DNA of 64,000 bases. Origin: Cetorhinus maximus. Its lineage: Eukaryota. Within the stretch, counting starts at the first letter, position 1; the number at the start of each line of letters is the position of its first letter. The DNA is taken from positions 11,098,001-11,162,000 of the forward strand of contig NC_135901.1 in NCBI RefSeq assembly GCF_964194155.1, written 5' to 3'. The notes under the pieces are model-generated. The model was not told the DNA's origin. It did not search any database and was given only the letters and a program-made list of their open reading frames with translations. The position numbers and the translations under genes were made by a program. Positions 36,911 through 50,523 of the stretch are shown here, piece after piece.

Positions 36911-38827
36911 CTTAATGTTTAAAAATAAAGATCCAGCCATTACAATATAATTGTCTTTTACATTGAGTGACTAATGATAACTTAATCAAGGCTCATTTCT
37001 CAATAATCATATGTTTTATGATGGGCTTTAATACAAAATGAACATATAGTCAATAAAGTGAAGTTGCAGAATGTGAAAAGGCAACAATCCTTGTACAGGT
37101 TAAAATGGCTTCCTTGACCTTGTTCCTTATAACAGTGAATATATTATGAAAGTGATTGATTTTTAAAACTGAATTTCATTACGCAGACCTACCTACAGTT
37201 TCCTACATTATACCATTGACTATACATCAAAACTGCTTCATTGGCTGTAAAACGCTTTAGGGAGTCCTGTGGTCCTGAGAGGTGCTACAGAAATGCATTT
37301 TTTTCTGATTGTCCACAAACTTGGATATATTTCAATCTCCTCATCAAAACCATTGATAAAGATTGAGCCTTAATTTTGTGTAATAATCACGTCTTTGATC
37401 CCATCTCGAATACTACGTGAAACTTCAAACACACTATATCCTGAATTATTTGTTTTAAAACAGTGAGTTGTTGTGATTTAGAATTCACTCCCTGAAAACA
37501 TTGCGAGAAACAGATTCAGCTCGATCTTTTAAAAGGGAACTGGACAGATTCTTGAAAGCAAAAGTAAACTGCAGGGTGACTGAATTAATTGGGTAGTTTT
37601 TCAAAGAGCCAGCATGAGCATGATGGGCCTAATGTGCTCCATCTGTGCTCTCTGAGCCTTGTGGCCATTTAAAGTGAGTGGCAAAGACCCTGAATCTGCT
37701 TCCAATGAGAGTGATAGAAGCAGAGATGATGGAGTGATTTTGAAAGGAAGTTGGGTGGGAACTTGTGGGAAATAAACCTACAGGGATGTGGGGATGGAAT
37801 GGGACAATAGGACTGACCGGTTTACTCTGGAGAGCTGTCATGCAATTGATTGGCTGAATGGTCCCATTCCTTATCCTAATGATTCGACGACACAAAGAGA
37901 GGAATTTCAGCAGCTCCAGTCTCTCCAACTAGCTGAAGTCTGTCATCTCGCAAATGCTGTTTCCAGCCTCAAAGAATTTCACATCTTTCCTTCAATGTGG
38001 GCCCATATGTAGGGTCCCTTTCTAGAGGAACAGAATTGAGAAGCAGGGAGGTTATGATACTGGTATAAGATACTAGTTCACTAGATACTAGGGAGGTCAA
38101 CTTGTTTAGAACCATGGTTAGACTACACTGGGAGTAGTTTCAATATTTGTGATTTCCATTTAGAAAAAGGAAATAGAGGCACTGGAGAAGGGGCAACAAA
38201 GACTCACAAGAATAATGCAGTTAAACCTCAGGAAAGGTTGGGGTGCTTTGCTGTAGAAAAAAGAAGGCTGAAGGGTGACCTGATGGAAGTCTTTAAGATT
38301 ATGAAGGGGTTCAATAATCCAATAGGGATTTCATGAGAAACCTCTTTACCCAGCAAGTGGTGAGAAAGTGGAACTCACTACCACAGCCAGTGGTTGAGCT
38401 GAATAACATGAATACATTGAAGAGGAAGCTAGATACATACATGAGGGAGACGGGAGTAGAAGGATATGCTGATGGGGAAGATGAAGAGGTTGGGTAGAAG
38501 CCCATGTGGAGCATAAGTACTGACATAGACCAATTGTGCTGACTGACCTGGCCTGTGCTGTAAACTCCATGGAACAGAGACAAATCTATATATTTTAGAT
38601 CTACCTGTAGTGGTAGGAAGGACACTATTTACTATCCTGGATAAAATAAATTTTCTTCATCAGCTTTTGTGGCTCATTTCAGTGGGAATGTGCACTCCCA
38701 GGCTCAAAGAACATCAGCTCACTGGAAGCAAAGTTGTGAGACCAGCCAGCCCAGCAGAAACCCTCTGACCCTCCCACTTCACCAATTGTCAGAATGAACA
38801 TTGTTCAGTCCTGGATGTGGTTAACAG

Positions 38828-39390
38828 AATCACATAATTGTTATGGCACAAGAGGCCACTCGGCCCATCCAGTCTGCACTGGCTCTCCGGATGATCATTA
38901 TGGCTTAGTGCCATTGACCTGCCTTTTTCCCGTATCCTTGCACATTGTTTCCATTCAAATAATCATCCAATGTCCTCTTGAATGCCTCAATTGAACCTGC
39001 CTCCATCACACTCCCAGGCTGTACATTCCAGATTCAAACCACTCGCTGCGTGAAAAGGTTTTTCTCTCACATCACATTTGCTTCTTTTGCAACTCACTTT
39101 AAATCTGTGCCCCCTCATTCTTGACCCTTCTTTGAGTTTCTCCCTATGTGCTCTGTCCAGCCCCCTCATAATTTTGGACACCTCTATCAACTCTCCTCTT
39201 AGCCTTCCCTCCTCCAAGGAGAACAGTTCCAACCTCTCCAACCTATCCTCATAACTGAAATTTCTGATCCCTGGAGCCATTCCCATAAACCTCTTCTGCA
39301 CTGTCTCTAATCCATTCACATCCTTCCTATAGTATGGTGCCCAGAACTGTACACAATACTCCAGCTGAGGTCGAACTAGTATCTTATACC
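38828..39390 (-). mobile_element. CR1 LINE inserted ~33 nt after the ZNF-E stop codon
   Basis: ORF 38987-39427 has CR1 C-terminal motifs; the ZNF 3' sequence resumes at ~38827. Confidence 0.9.
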
Positions 39391-39423
39391 AGTAGCAATA
39401 ACAGCAGAATCCAGCCCCTGTAA

Positions 39424-40014
39424 TCACTTGTGAACTCGCTGGTGTCTCAACAGGTTGGCTAACTGAGTGAATCCTTTCCCACAGTCAGAACACGTGAACG
39501 GCCTCTCCCCAGTGTGAACTCGCTGGTGTGTCAACAAGTTGTATGAATTACTGAACTCCTTCCCACAAGCAGAGCAGGTGAATGGTCTCTCCTCAGTGTG
39601 AACTCGCTGGTGTCTCAGCAGGCTGGATAACTGAGTGAATCCTTTCCCACACACAGAGCAGGTGAATGGCCTCTCCCCAGTGTGGATTCGCTGGTGTGTC
39701 TGCAGGGCGGAAAAATGAGCGAATCCCTTCCCACACTCAGAGCAGCTGAATGGCCTCTCCCCGGTGTGAACTCGCTGGTGTGTCAGCAGGTTGGATGACC
39801 GAGTGAATCCCTTCCCACACACAGAGCAAGTGAATGTCCTCTCCCCTGTGTGAACTCGCTGGTGTGTCAGCAGGTTGGATGACCGAGCGAATTCCTTCCC
39901 ACACAGAAAGCACGTGAATGGCCTCTCCCCGGTGTGAATGCGTCGATGAATTTCGAGTGCAGAAGGGGACTGGAATCCCTTCCCACAGTCCCCACATTTC
40001 CACCGTTTCTCCAT
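39424..40014 (-). CDS. ZNF-E, C2H2 zinc-finger protein, 7 fingers, 196 aa
   Basis: Intact ORF MEKRWKC...HQRVHK; acceptor at 40378; promoter at ~41215-41560. Confidence 0.85.
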   Translation of the reverse strand: MEKRWKCGDCGKGFQSPSALEIHRRIHTGERPFTCFLCGKEFARSSNLLTHQRVHTGERTFTCSVCGKGFTRSSNLLTHQRVHTGERPFSCSECGKGFAHFSALQTHQRIHTGERPFTCSVCGKGFTQLSSLLRHQRVHTEERPFTCSACGKEFSNSYNLLTHQRVHTGERPFTCSDCGKGFTQLANLLRHQRVHK

Positions 40015-41097
40015 GGTGTGGGTGTCCTTGTGACTCTCCAGGTTCGACGATCAGTTGAGGACTCATCCACAAACAGAACTCGTGTACAGTCACTCCATGC
40101 TGTGAATGGTCTGATGTTTTTGACAAGCTGTGTAAATGCTTAATATTGTTTCCACAGTCAGTGCACGAGAACACTCTCACGTGGGCGTGTGCATCTTGAT
40201 GCTTTTCCAGTCACAATGAACTTTAAAACCTTATGAAGCAATCAGAACAGACAAACATTTCTCCATTAGATTCAAAGGCTGATGATATTCAGGTCCCGAT
40301 GAATTGAGTGACTCCGTCAGATCTTGACATGATGTTTGGTTTGAGATTTCTGACTACGAATCCTCCCCTTCTAATATCCTGTAAAAGGAGTTTAGAAAAG
40401 TCATCACTGTCAGTAAAGGTGGGAAATTCAGAACAGGCAATTCTTGTTTCTACGGCACATTCTTTCATCTCTTGTTCCCTAAAACCTGTAAATCTCTATC
40501 CCACACACAATCGCTCCATTCTCATTCTGCTGTGCCAAAAATTCACCGTCGCAATTCTCCTGAACAGATCCATGCTCACTGCTTCCTTTCCTGGAGAGAT
40601 TATAAGAAATGGATAAGAAGGCCATTCATCCCATCAAGCCTGCTCCACCATTCAATAAGATCCTACTTGATTTGATGTGGCCTGAACTGCACATTCCTGC
40701 CTGTCCCCATAATGCTGATTCCCTTGTCGGTCAAAAATGTGTCCAACTCTGCCTTGAATGTCTTCAATGACCCAGCCTGCAGTACTCCCTGTGGAAGAGA
40801 ATTCCAAAGAGTAATGCCCCTCTGAGAGAAGAAATTCCTCCCCACCTTAAATGAGAGAACACTTATTTTTATACTGTGACCCCTAATTCTAGAATCCCAT
40901 GCGAGGTGAAGCATTCTCCAAGCATCTACCCTGTCAAACAGCCTCAGGATCCTATTTGTTTCAATAAAATCACCTCTCATTCTTCTGAGCTCCATTGAGT
41001 TAAGGTTTAACCAGCTCAGCATTTTCTCATATTACTGTACCGTTAAATTCCAGCCATTACCTGGACAAACCACCCTTTTTACTGAGTCCTGGGGCAA

Positions 41098-41743
41098 CCT
41101 TTCTAGAGTCTCCACCCTGCCTGGATTCACTTCCTACCTTCAATTCCCGCAATTGAACAATTTAAGCCCAGAATTAGAAAATAAATAGAAATGAGGAAAC
41201 ATTGATTTCCCCACAGATGTTACCCAGAGGAGGACGTTTTAGTCTGAAGCTCATTGTCCAACTTCCGCACTGTGATGTCCACCATGGAACCTTGCCTGAA
41301 TCAGCCAATGGGAATCACTCTGCCCCGCGGTGACGTCTTCGGGTTGCAGTCTGCAGGCCAGGCGCGCTGACACGGGAGTCCCGCCCCCCACCCATTGTTC
41401 CCGCTCCCCCTGCACCTCCTCGAGCCAAGGTTTCTGGGTAACCAGCTGTCGGCCCCGGCCAGAGCGAGAAGCCGCTCGGTGAATTCCCCCTCCCCCCCAC
41501 TGTCTACGGCAGTTGGCTGGGTCCAAAAATAGATCGAGAGTGACCGCTGGCGGCAGCCGCACTGCGCCTGCTCCGGACAGCTCGGGTCAGCAGCGCTTTC
41601 TGCGCCTGCGCGCTGGGGGGGGGGGGGGGGGGGTGTTTACAAAATGTCTTCCCTTCATTTATTTCTGAGTTTGATTTTAAACAGCATAGCGTTTGTTATT
41701 AACTTCGCACAGACACTAAAACTTCCTCCTCTGTCTAACATCT
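41098..41743. promoter_or_regulatory. Bidirectional promoter ZNF-E / ZNF-F
   Basis: Paralog of 12484-13215: ETS, CCAAT, TGACGT, X-box-like and NRF1-like motifs; donors at 41215 (minus) and 41743 (plus). Confidence 0.75.
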
Positions 41744-42768
41744 GTGAGTAAAACACTTTATTTCCCTCCCCTGGGAAGTACAGAGAGTTGTGGGACTCTG
41801 TAACTGGAATTAGTGCCAAATATGCTGAGGGGGGAAATGCTGGTGATTTTGTGGAGCCTGTTTTTTATTGTATAAACTGTTTAAAGTCAAATTTATCCTG
41901 TCTGTTCAAATCCTGCTTGTCTGTTAATGCATGTTTCATTTGTGTTGATTTTAGTTTGATTGTTACAGTAAAAATTTAAAAAGTGAAACCTTGTCCTTCG
42001 GTTTATTCCATTGGGTTTGTCTGGGAATGTGTTTATTTTAAGGTTATCGGTCTCCATGGGAATCATAACAACAAAGATATGTCTAGTGTTGTTATATGTT
42101 ACATATTAGGTATAATAATTATGGTTCTGTAACACATTTTGTTATTTTTAATCTTCTAATATAGTATTGTAGCTACGTTATATATTTCCAGTCACAGAGT
42201 CATTGCGGCACAGAAGGATTCTATTTGACAACTCAAGTCCATGCCGACTCCCTGTATAGCAATCCAGTCAGCCCCATTCCCCCTTTATATCTTGGTTCCC
42301 CGGCAAGTTCATTTTTTCAAGTGCACATCCAATTTCATTTTGAATCATTGATTGTCTTCACTTCCACCAGGTCATGACCACTCACTGCATAAATGGAGCT
42401 TTTCCGCACATTGCCCCCTCCACATCTAACCAAGTGATACGGGACTGTACATTATATTCATTTTTAGTCTAGTAACATAAACATATTTATATTAGGCTGA
42501 CAGCCTGCATGAAGATTTTCAGGTCTCTGTGTCCAGTACAGGAAGCAGTGAGCATGGATCTGTCGATCAGCGTGAATCAGAACCTTCAGGAGAATTGGGA
42601 GGGTGTGTTTTCGGTACAGCAGAGTGAGGGTGGAGGGAGAGTGTGGGACTGAGGTTTACAGCTTTTGAGGATTGAGGGAGGAAAGAATGTTCCATAGAAA
42701 TTAGAATTGTCTATTCTGAATTTCTATCCTGTACTGACAGTGATCACTTTTGTAAACTCCTTTTACAG

Positions 42769-44232
42769 GATACTAGAAGAGGAGGATTTACAGACAGAAA
42801 TATCAAACCAAACATCACGTCAAGATTTGATAAAGTTACCCAACGCGTTGGGACGTGAATGACATCAGCCTATGAATTTAGAAGGAGAAATGTCTGCCTG
42901 TTTCAAAAGGTTTTAAACATTAATAACTTGAAAAGCACTGAGATGCACACACCCTCGTGAATGTGTGCCACTGCACTGACTATGAAAGGAGCTTTAACCA
43001 GTTACAGAGCTGAAAAACATTCACAGCAGGAAGAAACCAGACACGTGTTGTGTGTGTCGATGAGGCTTCAACCGATTGTAGAACTTGGAGAGACACAAGG
43101 ACCCCCACACCATTGAGAAACCATGGAAATATGGGGACTGTGGGAAGGGATTCCGTGCCCCCCTGTGAACTGGAAACTCATCAGCGCAGCCACAGCGGGG
43201 AGAGGCCGTACATCTACTGTGTGTGTGGAAAGGGATTCATTGATTCATCCACCCTGCAAAGACATCACCGAGTTCACACCGGGGAGAGACCATTCACCTG
43301 CTCTGAGTGTGGGAAGGGATTCAGTGATTCATCCAACCTGCTGATACACCAGTGAGTTCACACTTGGGAGAGACCGTTCACTTGCTCCATGTGTGGAAAG
43401 GGATTCACACGGTCATCTGCCCTGTGGAATCATGAGCGATTTCACACTGGTGAGGGGTTGTTCACCTGCTCTGAGTGTGGGAAGGGATTCACTCACTCAT
43501 CCCTCCTGCTGACACACCAACACATTCACACCAGGGAGAAGCAAATCACCTACTCTCAGTGTGGGAAGGGATTCACTCAGTTATCCAGCCTGCTGAGACA
43601 CCAGCACATTCATACCAGGCAGAGGCGATTCACCTGCTCCATGTGTGGGAAGGGATTCAGTCAGCCCAGACCGCTGGGGCACCAAGGTACACAGACCAAT
43701 GAGAAACCTGTTCAATGCTCTGACTGTGGGAGCTGCTTTACACACTAAGCGCTGATGGACCATCAGGTAGGAACTCACACTGAGGAGAGACCGTTCAGCT
43801 GCTGTCACTGCGCAAAGAGCTTTAGAATGTCGTACGATTTACTGAAACACCAGCGAGTTCACATCAGGGAGAAGCCGTTCACCTGTTCTGACTGTGGGAA
43901 GGGATTCGGTGATTCATCCAACCTGCAGAGACATCAGCGAGTTCACAGTGGGGAGAAGCTGTTCACCTGCTCTGAGTGTGGGAAAGGATTCACTCAGTCA
44001 TCCCACTTGCAGACACACCAGTGAGTTCACAGTGGAGAGAGGCCATTCACTTGCTCCGTGTGTGGGAAAGGATTCAGTGATTTATCCAACCTGCTGAGGC
44101 ACCAGCGGGTTCACAATGGAGAGATTTGTTCACCTGCTCAGTTTGTGGGAAGGAATTCACTCGTTCATCCGAGCTGCTGAGATACCATGGCATTCACACC
44201 GATTAGAGCCTTTTAGATGCTCTGACTGTGGG
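42769..44232 (+). pseudogene. ZNF-F, C2H2 zinc-finger pseudogene (~13 fingers), truncated by an LTR element
   Basis: Acceptor 42768/42769, ATG 43123; stops at 43353, 43746 and 44022 plus frameshifts. Confidence 0.88.
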
Positions 44233-44696
44233 TGTTAATTGTATCAATTGAGGTTAAGTATCTGCAGGTGGAGGGCATTGATTGGATGGTTACATAAGCC
44301 CATATAAGAGACACTTACTGACAGAGTGGAGCCAGGAGGCCTATAGCTGTAATGTTTCACTCTTTGAATTAATCTATACCAAGTAAAGATTGGCTGCAGT
44401 TTCTTCTTTTACCATAAGGGTATCAGTATTATAACATGGTAACAGAGAATGTTTGTCTCATGGTGAAGGTTTGAAACTCAAGGAAAATAAGATTTCACAC
44501 AGAGACCTACAATCCTAGCAGCTTTTGTGAGAAATGGCTGAAAGCAAGTGGAAATTGTCAGGGTCTGATTACCCACGAATGCTCTCGGAGTCTGAGCCAT
44601 ATGACCAGTGGAAGAATGAAGTGGACATGTGGACACATGTTACGTCCCAACCAAGGAGGAAACAAGGAACGGCCTTGGCATTGTCACTTCTCTCAA
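44233..44696 (+). mobile_element. GalEa-like Ty1/Copia retrotransposon 5' end (LTR 44233-44436, PBS, gag start)
   Basis: 204-bp TGTTA..ATAACA LTR; PBS TGGTAACAGAGAATG resembles the tRNA-iMet complement; gag PRMLSESEPYDQWKNEVDMWTHVT..KQGTALALSL. Confidence 0.8.
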
Positions 44697-45082
44697 AAGA
44701 AAGCCAAACACCTCATTTTAGCCAATAAAGCTACACAACAAGATTTCACTTGTTTTTTTTACCAAAACAAACTTTATTGTATATAAAAGAATTAAACAAA
44801 GCAAGTACTAATAACTTAATATGGTTTTTAACTACATATGTTGTGCCCTCAGGTTTACATCTTAGTTTCCCCATGATTCTCTCATAAGACACATCAAGTA
44901 TGTCACTGTGCTCTGGAGAGTTCTCCTCAGTTCCAGCTATTCTCAGAGGTTAAACTTTCATTTATCATCTCTTGACTGTGGCTGCTCAGTCCCTTGTTAT
45001 TTTTCCAATGCTTCCAAGCTAATCTGCTGTGTAGGTCACTGGTAAAAATCTTCTTTTGCCATTTTAAGAATGTCACTCAAAA

Positions 45083-46109
45083 TGTTACGACCACAGCTGA
45101 TGTTATTGCTGCGCAAGTCAGACTCGAGTGAAGTCTGTCTCGCTGATCATAAACTTTTTTTGTGAAAACAAGGAGGAAGAGCTACTGACTTCAAAAACAC
45201 AGAGCTCCAGTCATACCTTTAGAATTTTTAAAATTAAAGGATTTATTAAAAAGGAAAACTTAAGCGCACAAGATAAAAGTTAGAACAGCCTTACAGAACA
45301 ACCCTCAAAAATATGCTTGGTCAAAAGTACACGACTGCACTACCTTTTTGGCAACAATCCCTTATAGATTTTAACCATAAAAATCCAGTAAACATTATCC
45401 AAGTCAAGGAATTATTATCACTTTAATAAAGGTGTACCTCACGACTTCTCAGGTACTTCCACTCTGATATGGGATTCCAAAAGAAGGTTCAGAAACAAAC
45501 TGTTTCCTAAAACAAAGACTCCTGGCTTAACACTGGATGGCTGCCTCCAATTCTAAACTTTTACAGTTTCTTAGCCGCACACACACAGAGAAGCTGAACC
45601 TCAGTGGGTTCACCCACAGCAACCCTCAACAGTTAAACACCCCTTTCCTTAAATATCTTTTTCCCCTTTCATCTCAGGTTCCATTGTCCTGAAACACCTC
45701 TTTGAAACTCAACTTCTCCAAATATAAAAATATTTCATGTTTTCTGTTTTGCCTCTACTTTTGGGTCAATAAAATTTAATATGCCTTCCCCTATTTACTC
45801 ATAGAATCCCTGTTAGATGCAAATGTCCCCTGTAACTTCTGAACTCCCTTTTTGAAATTCAAAGCTGAAAAACCCATTTCCCACTGATATCACAACGCAA
45901 ATTTCAGAACCAACCTATTTACTTGTAACTCAAACCCACCATAACCTCTGCACCACATGCACAAACCTAACACCTTTAACCTTTCATCTCTTACACCTCA
46001 CAGACAACCTGTCTCTAGTAACCTCCCCCTTGCTTAATTAACCCTGGACACACACCCCCAGCTTTCTACACACAAAACATCATCACAAAAATATACATCT
46101 CTCATCACA
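45083..46109 (-). mobile_element. Solo LTR (~1 kb) nested in another LTR-like sequence (~44700-46320)
   Basis: TGTTACGACC...CTCATCACA termini, A-rich imperfect TSD, minus-strand AATAAA at ~45242. Confidence 0.55.
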
Positions 46110-46685
46110 AAATGCTTTTTATGTTCAAGCAAAAATTTTTGATACTCCTGTGAGGTCTGGTCTTTGAACAGTTTATAATCCTTTCGGTTCACCTAATCTC
46201 ATTCAGATCGAGTTTAATTTAATTTCTTTCCAGTGATGTTGACAGCTTCTTCATTCTGGACTTTCAATTCTTTTTTCAAACATTTTGAGTCTTCCACGTC
46301 ACTCACAAACTATTTCATTCCAATCATTTTGGAGTTTGAAGTGTTTTTTCTGTGAACCGTCCCTTTGCCTGAACTCCTGCTGCTGTTATATCTTGTTCTG
46401 TCTCAGCACAGGCAGCTACATATAATTCAGTGTTCGGTGTCATTAATCCTTTAGGGTATCTTTTAGATCTTAGTTCCTTCTGTGGTGGGCTTTTATCTTG
46501 AGATGTTTCAGGCACTTTTCCTAACTCTGCACTGTCCATGACTAGGGTGGACACATCAATATCTTTATTTGTATCAGTTTGTTGGTTAACCGGGTCACGA
46601 ATAGGCAAGGGTTTTTTTTACTCACAGGAACATCTTCTGAACTGTGATCACGGTCCCAGAAAGTGGAAAAACAATATCACCTATT

Positions 46686-47010
46686 TTTTTTTTTAATTCA
46701 CGGGATGTGGGCTTCGCTGGCTAGGCCAGCATTTATTGCCGATCCCTAGTTGCCCTTGAGAAGGTGGTGGTGAGCTGCCTTCCTGTACTGCTGCAGTCCA
46801 TGTGGTGTAAGTACACCCACAGTGCTGTTAGGAAGGAAGTTCCAGGATTTTGACCCAGCGACAGTGAAGGAACGGCGATATATTTCCAAGTCAGGACGGT
46901 GTGTGACTTGGAGGGGAACTTCCAGGTGGTGGTGTTCCCATCTACCTGTTGCCCTTGTCCTTCTCAATGGTAGTGGTCGTGGGTTTGGAAGGTGCTGTCG
47001 GAGGAGCCTA
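46686..47010 (-). mobile_element. CR1-like LINE 3' end (tail donor of the tRNA-SINE)
   Basis: ORF 46746-46967 ending GSKSWNFLPNS..AAHHHLLKGN; tail shared with the SINE at 6700. Confidence 0.75.
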
Positions 47011-47029
47011 TATCATTCCCCAATATAAA

Positions 47030-47613
47030 ATCTACATACATAATAACACCAACAATAACAGACCTTCTACGAAAGCATAGTTTAAACTGACTTTACACAA
47101 TGGGATAGGCACACACTCCCCATCAACACCCCGAACCAATACATTTTTGTTCAGCGAACATCTTGAAGAAAAGTCTAAATCTTTTGTTAACAATAAGCTC
47201 TGAGATGAGCCAGTGTCTCTAAGGATAACAATCTTTCCAGGCTCTTTCTTGGACAAAAATGGAGTGACTTCCTCTTCAAATATAAATCCTTCATAATCCC
47301 TCAAGTCTCTATTTTCACCCATGGTAAATACATTAGAAGGTATTGATTTCTCACAAGCTTCCCCCTTTGGTGCAACTTTCTCTGGAGAAACACCAGCCAC
47401 TTTTACCAATGCCACTGGTTTACTTTTTAATCTCCAATAATCTGATTTCAAATGTCCAACTCTATGACTGTGAAAACATATCAGTCTTTTTGACTCAGTT
47501 CCATCCTCTACACTATCTCTTTACCACTCTGGGGAGTATCTTTATTTTTAATTTCTACTATCCTTTCCACAATAGTTAGAGCTATCTTCATTCTCGTACA
47601 GTCTACCTTTCCA
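47030..47613 (-). mobile_element. Gmr1-like Ty3/Gypsy gag-protease fragment
   Basis: Degenerate knuckle ICFHSHRVGHLKSDYWRLK, then protease VILRDTGSSQSLLL..VRGVDG..IPL. Confidence 0.75.
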
Positions 47614-47649
47614 CTGGATGTGAATAACAACAGAATCCAATGACTGTGA

Positions 47650-48240
47650 TCACTTGTGAACTCGCTGGTGTCTGAGCATGCTGGATAACCGAGTGAACCC
47701 CTTCCCACACACGGAGCAGGTGAACGGTCTCTCCCCAGTGTGAATTGGCTGGTGTCTGAGCAGCCTGGATAACTGAGTGAATCCCATCCCACAATCAGAG
47801 CAGGTGAACGGCCTCTCCCCACTGTGCAGTTGTTGGTGCTGCCGCAGAGTGGATGAATCACTGAATCCCTGCCCACAGAAGGAGCAGGTGAATGGCCTCT
47901 CCCCAGTGTGAACTCGCTGGTGTGTCTGCAGGCTGGATAACCGAGTGAATCCCTTCCTACACTGGGAGCAGGTGAATGGCCTCTCCCCAGTGTGAACTCG
48001 CTGATGTCGCAACAGGTTGGATAGTTGACTGAATCCATTCCCACACACACAGCAGGTGAACGGCCTCTCCCCAGTGTGAACCCGCTGGTGTGCCAGCAGG
48101 TTGGATGAATCGCTGAATCCCTTCCCACACTCAGAGCAGGTGAACGGCCTCTCCCCAGTGTGTGTGCGTCGATGAATCTCCAGCAAAGATGGAGATCTGA
48201 ATGCCTTCACACAGTCCTCACATTTCCACGGTTTCTCCAT
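47650..48240 (-). CDS. ZNF-G, C2H2 zinc-finger protein, 7 fingers, 196 aa
   Basis: Intact ORF MEKPWKC...HQRVHK; acceptor at 48599; promoter at ~49611-49940. Confidence 0.85.
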   Translation of the reverse strand: MEKPWKCEDCVKAFRSPSLLEIHRRTHTGERPFTCSECGKGFSDSSNLLAHQRVHTGERPFTCCVCGNGFSQLSNLLRHQRVHTGERPFTCSQCRKGFTRLSSLQTHQRVHTGERPFTCSFCGQGFSDSSTLRQHQQLHSGERPFTCSDCGMGFTQLSRLLRHQPIHTGERPFTCSVCGKGFTRLSSMLRHQRVHK

Positions 48241-49493
48241 GATGCAAGTGTCCTTGTTTCTCTCTAGCTTGACTGTCAGCTGAAGCCTCATCCACACACA
48301 AAACATGTGTATGGTCTCTCCCCAGTGTAAATGGTGCAAACAGGCTGTGGAACTGGTTAAGGCTCTTTCCACAGTCAGTTTACTGGAACACTCTCACTTG
48401 GGTGTGTGTGTGTCTCTCAGTGCTTTTCCAGTCATACTAATTTTTTTAAATTATGGATGCAGACAGAACAGACAAACCTTTCTCTTATGGAATCAAAGAC
48501 TGATGATATTCAGATTTTGGTGAATCAAGTTGCTGTATCAGATCTTAACGTGATGCTTCAGTTGAGTTTCCCATCCGTAATTCCACCCCTTCAAATATCC
48601 TGTAAAAGAAGTTTACAAAAGTCATCAGTCAGTACAGGATAGAAATTCAGAACCAATGGAACATTCTTTCTTCTCATTCCCCTAGGAGTTGTAAATCTCT
48701 GTCCCACACACCCTGCCTCCATTGTCACTCTGCTGGACCTAATAAACATCCTCCCAATTCTTCTGAAGGTGCCAATTCATGCTGATCAGCAGATCCATTC
48801 TCCCGAACACACACACACACAGCAACTCACTGCCGCAGAGGGTATTGGGAGAAAAGATGATCAATAATTTCAAAATGAAATTGGATGGATGTATGAAATT
48901 GATTTGAAGGAAATAAAATTGCAGAGGAACGGGGATATAGAGGGGAAATGGGACTGATTGGATTGCTTTGCAGAGAGTCGGCATGGACTTGAGTTGCTGA
49001 ATGGACACCCTTTTGTACCGTAATGTCTCTGTGACTGGAAATATATAACGTAACTACATTTCTGTAATACAAGACTAGAAATTAACTGAATGTACCTAAT
49101 TAGAGAATCATAAATAATATGTACCATATAACAGCACTAGACATATCTCTGTCTGATATTAAGTTACTGTCCCTTAAATGGACTCCTTCTAAGCTATAAT
49201 GACTCGATAGCTGGACATATACGGTGCTACATTACAAAATTGGAAATAAATAATGTACTTTATCAGAGAACCAACAATATCTAGAATGTAACATATGACA
49301 CTAGATGTACGCTATCTATACACAAGACATGTCCTACCTTACTATGTCCTCTTAAATGTTAGCCTTCTGGGAAAACCATCCCTTTAATTCTGTACATCAG
49401 GAAAGAGACCATTCTTTTAGCCAGACAAATAAATGTGTCAAGCTGAGAGAGCAAAGGATGTCAATGTCTTTGAGAGTAGAGATTGCGCCAACC

Positions 49494-50149
49494 TTTCTAG
49501 ACTGCACCCTCCCTGGACTAACTCTTTTCCTTTTAGTTCCTGCAAGTCAACAATTTAAGACCAGAATTAGAAAATAAATAGACATACAATAAATACATTG
49601 ATTTCCTCACAGATGTTGCACAGAAGTTTTAGCCTGAAGCTCATTGTTAAACTTCCGCATTGTTACGTCCACAATCGAACCCGACCTGAACCAGCCAATG
49701 GGAATCACTGCTTCGCGGTGACGTCCTCGGGTTCCAATCTTGCAGGCCAGGCGCGCGGACACGGGAGCCCTTTGTCCCCCCTCCCCCTCCTCGTCCTCGA
49801 GACAAGGTTTCCAGGTAACCGGCTGACGGCTCCGGACAGGCCGAGAAGCCGCTCGGCGAACTGCCCTTCCCACTCCCCACCTTGTCTACGGCGGCTGCCT
49901 GATCCAAAAAGAGATCGAGCGTGACCGCTGGCGGCAGCCGCACTGCGCCTGCTCCGGGCAGCTCGGGTCAGCAGTGCTTTCTGCGCCTGCGCGCTGGGTT
50001 GCCAGCTGCAGGAGTCGGGGGGGAGGGGAGGGGATTTTGTGAAGTGTCTTCGCTTTATTTTCTTCCGAGTCATGTAGTTTGATTTTAAACAGAACAACAT
50101 TTCTTTTTAGCTTCGCAAACACTAAAACTTCCTCCTCTGACCAACATCT
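49494..50149. promoter_or_regulatory. Bidirectional promoter ZNF-G / ZNF-H
   Basis: Third paralog of the same promoter; X-box GTTTCCAGGTAAC at ~49807; donors at 49611 (minus) and 50149 (plus). Confidence 0.75.
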
Positions 50150-50523
50150 GTGAGTAAATCACTTTCTTCACCCTCCCTGGGAAGTACAGAGAGTTGTGGG
50201 ACTCTGTAACTGGAATTAGTGCCAAATATGCTGAGGGGGGAAATGCTGGTGATTTTGTGGAACCTTTTTTTCATTGTATGAAAATTTTAAGGTCCAATAC
50301 AAGAAGCAGTCGACATGGATCTATCGGCATGAATCACCACCTTCAGGAGAATTGGGAGGGTGTATAACAGGTACAGCAGAGTGAGAATGGAGAGTGTGTG
50401 AGGTGGAGATTTAGAGCTTTTGGGGAATAAGAGAGGAAAAAGTTTTCCACGGAATCTAAAATTGTCTATTCTGAATTTCTATCCTATGCTGACAATGATG
50501 ACTTTTGTGAACTCATTTTGCAG

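Noticed and set aside
42554-42652. Upstream coding exon MDLSISVNQNLQENWEG..
   Set aside because: Conserved among introns, but ends in a stop or splices out of frame with the finger exon; at most an optional UTR exon or uORF
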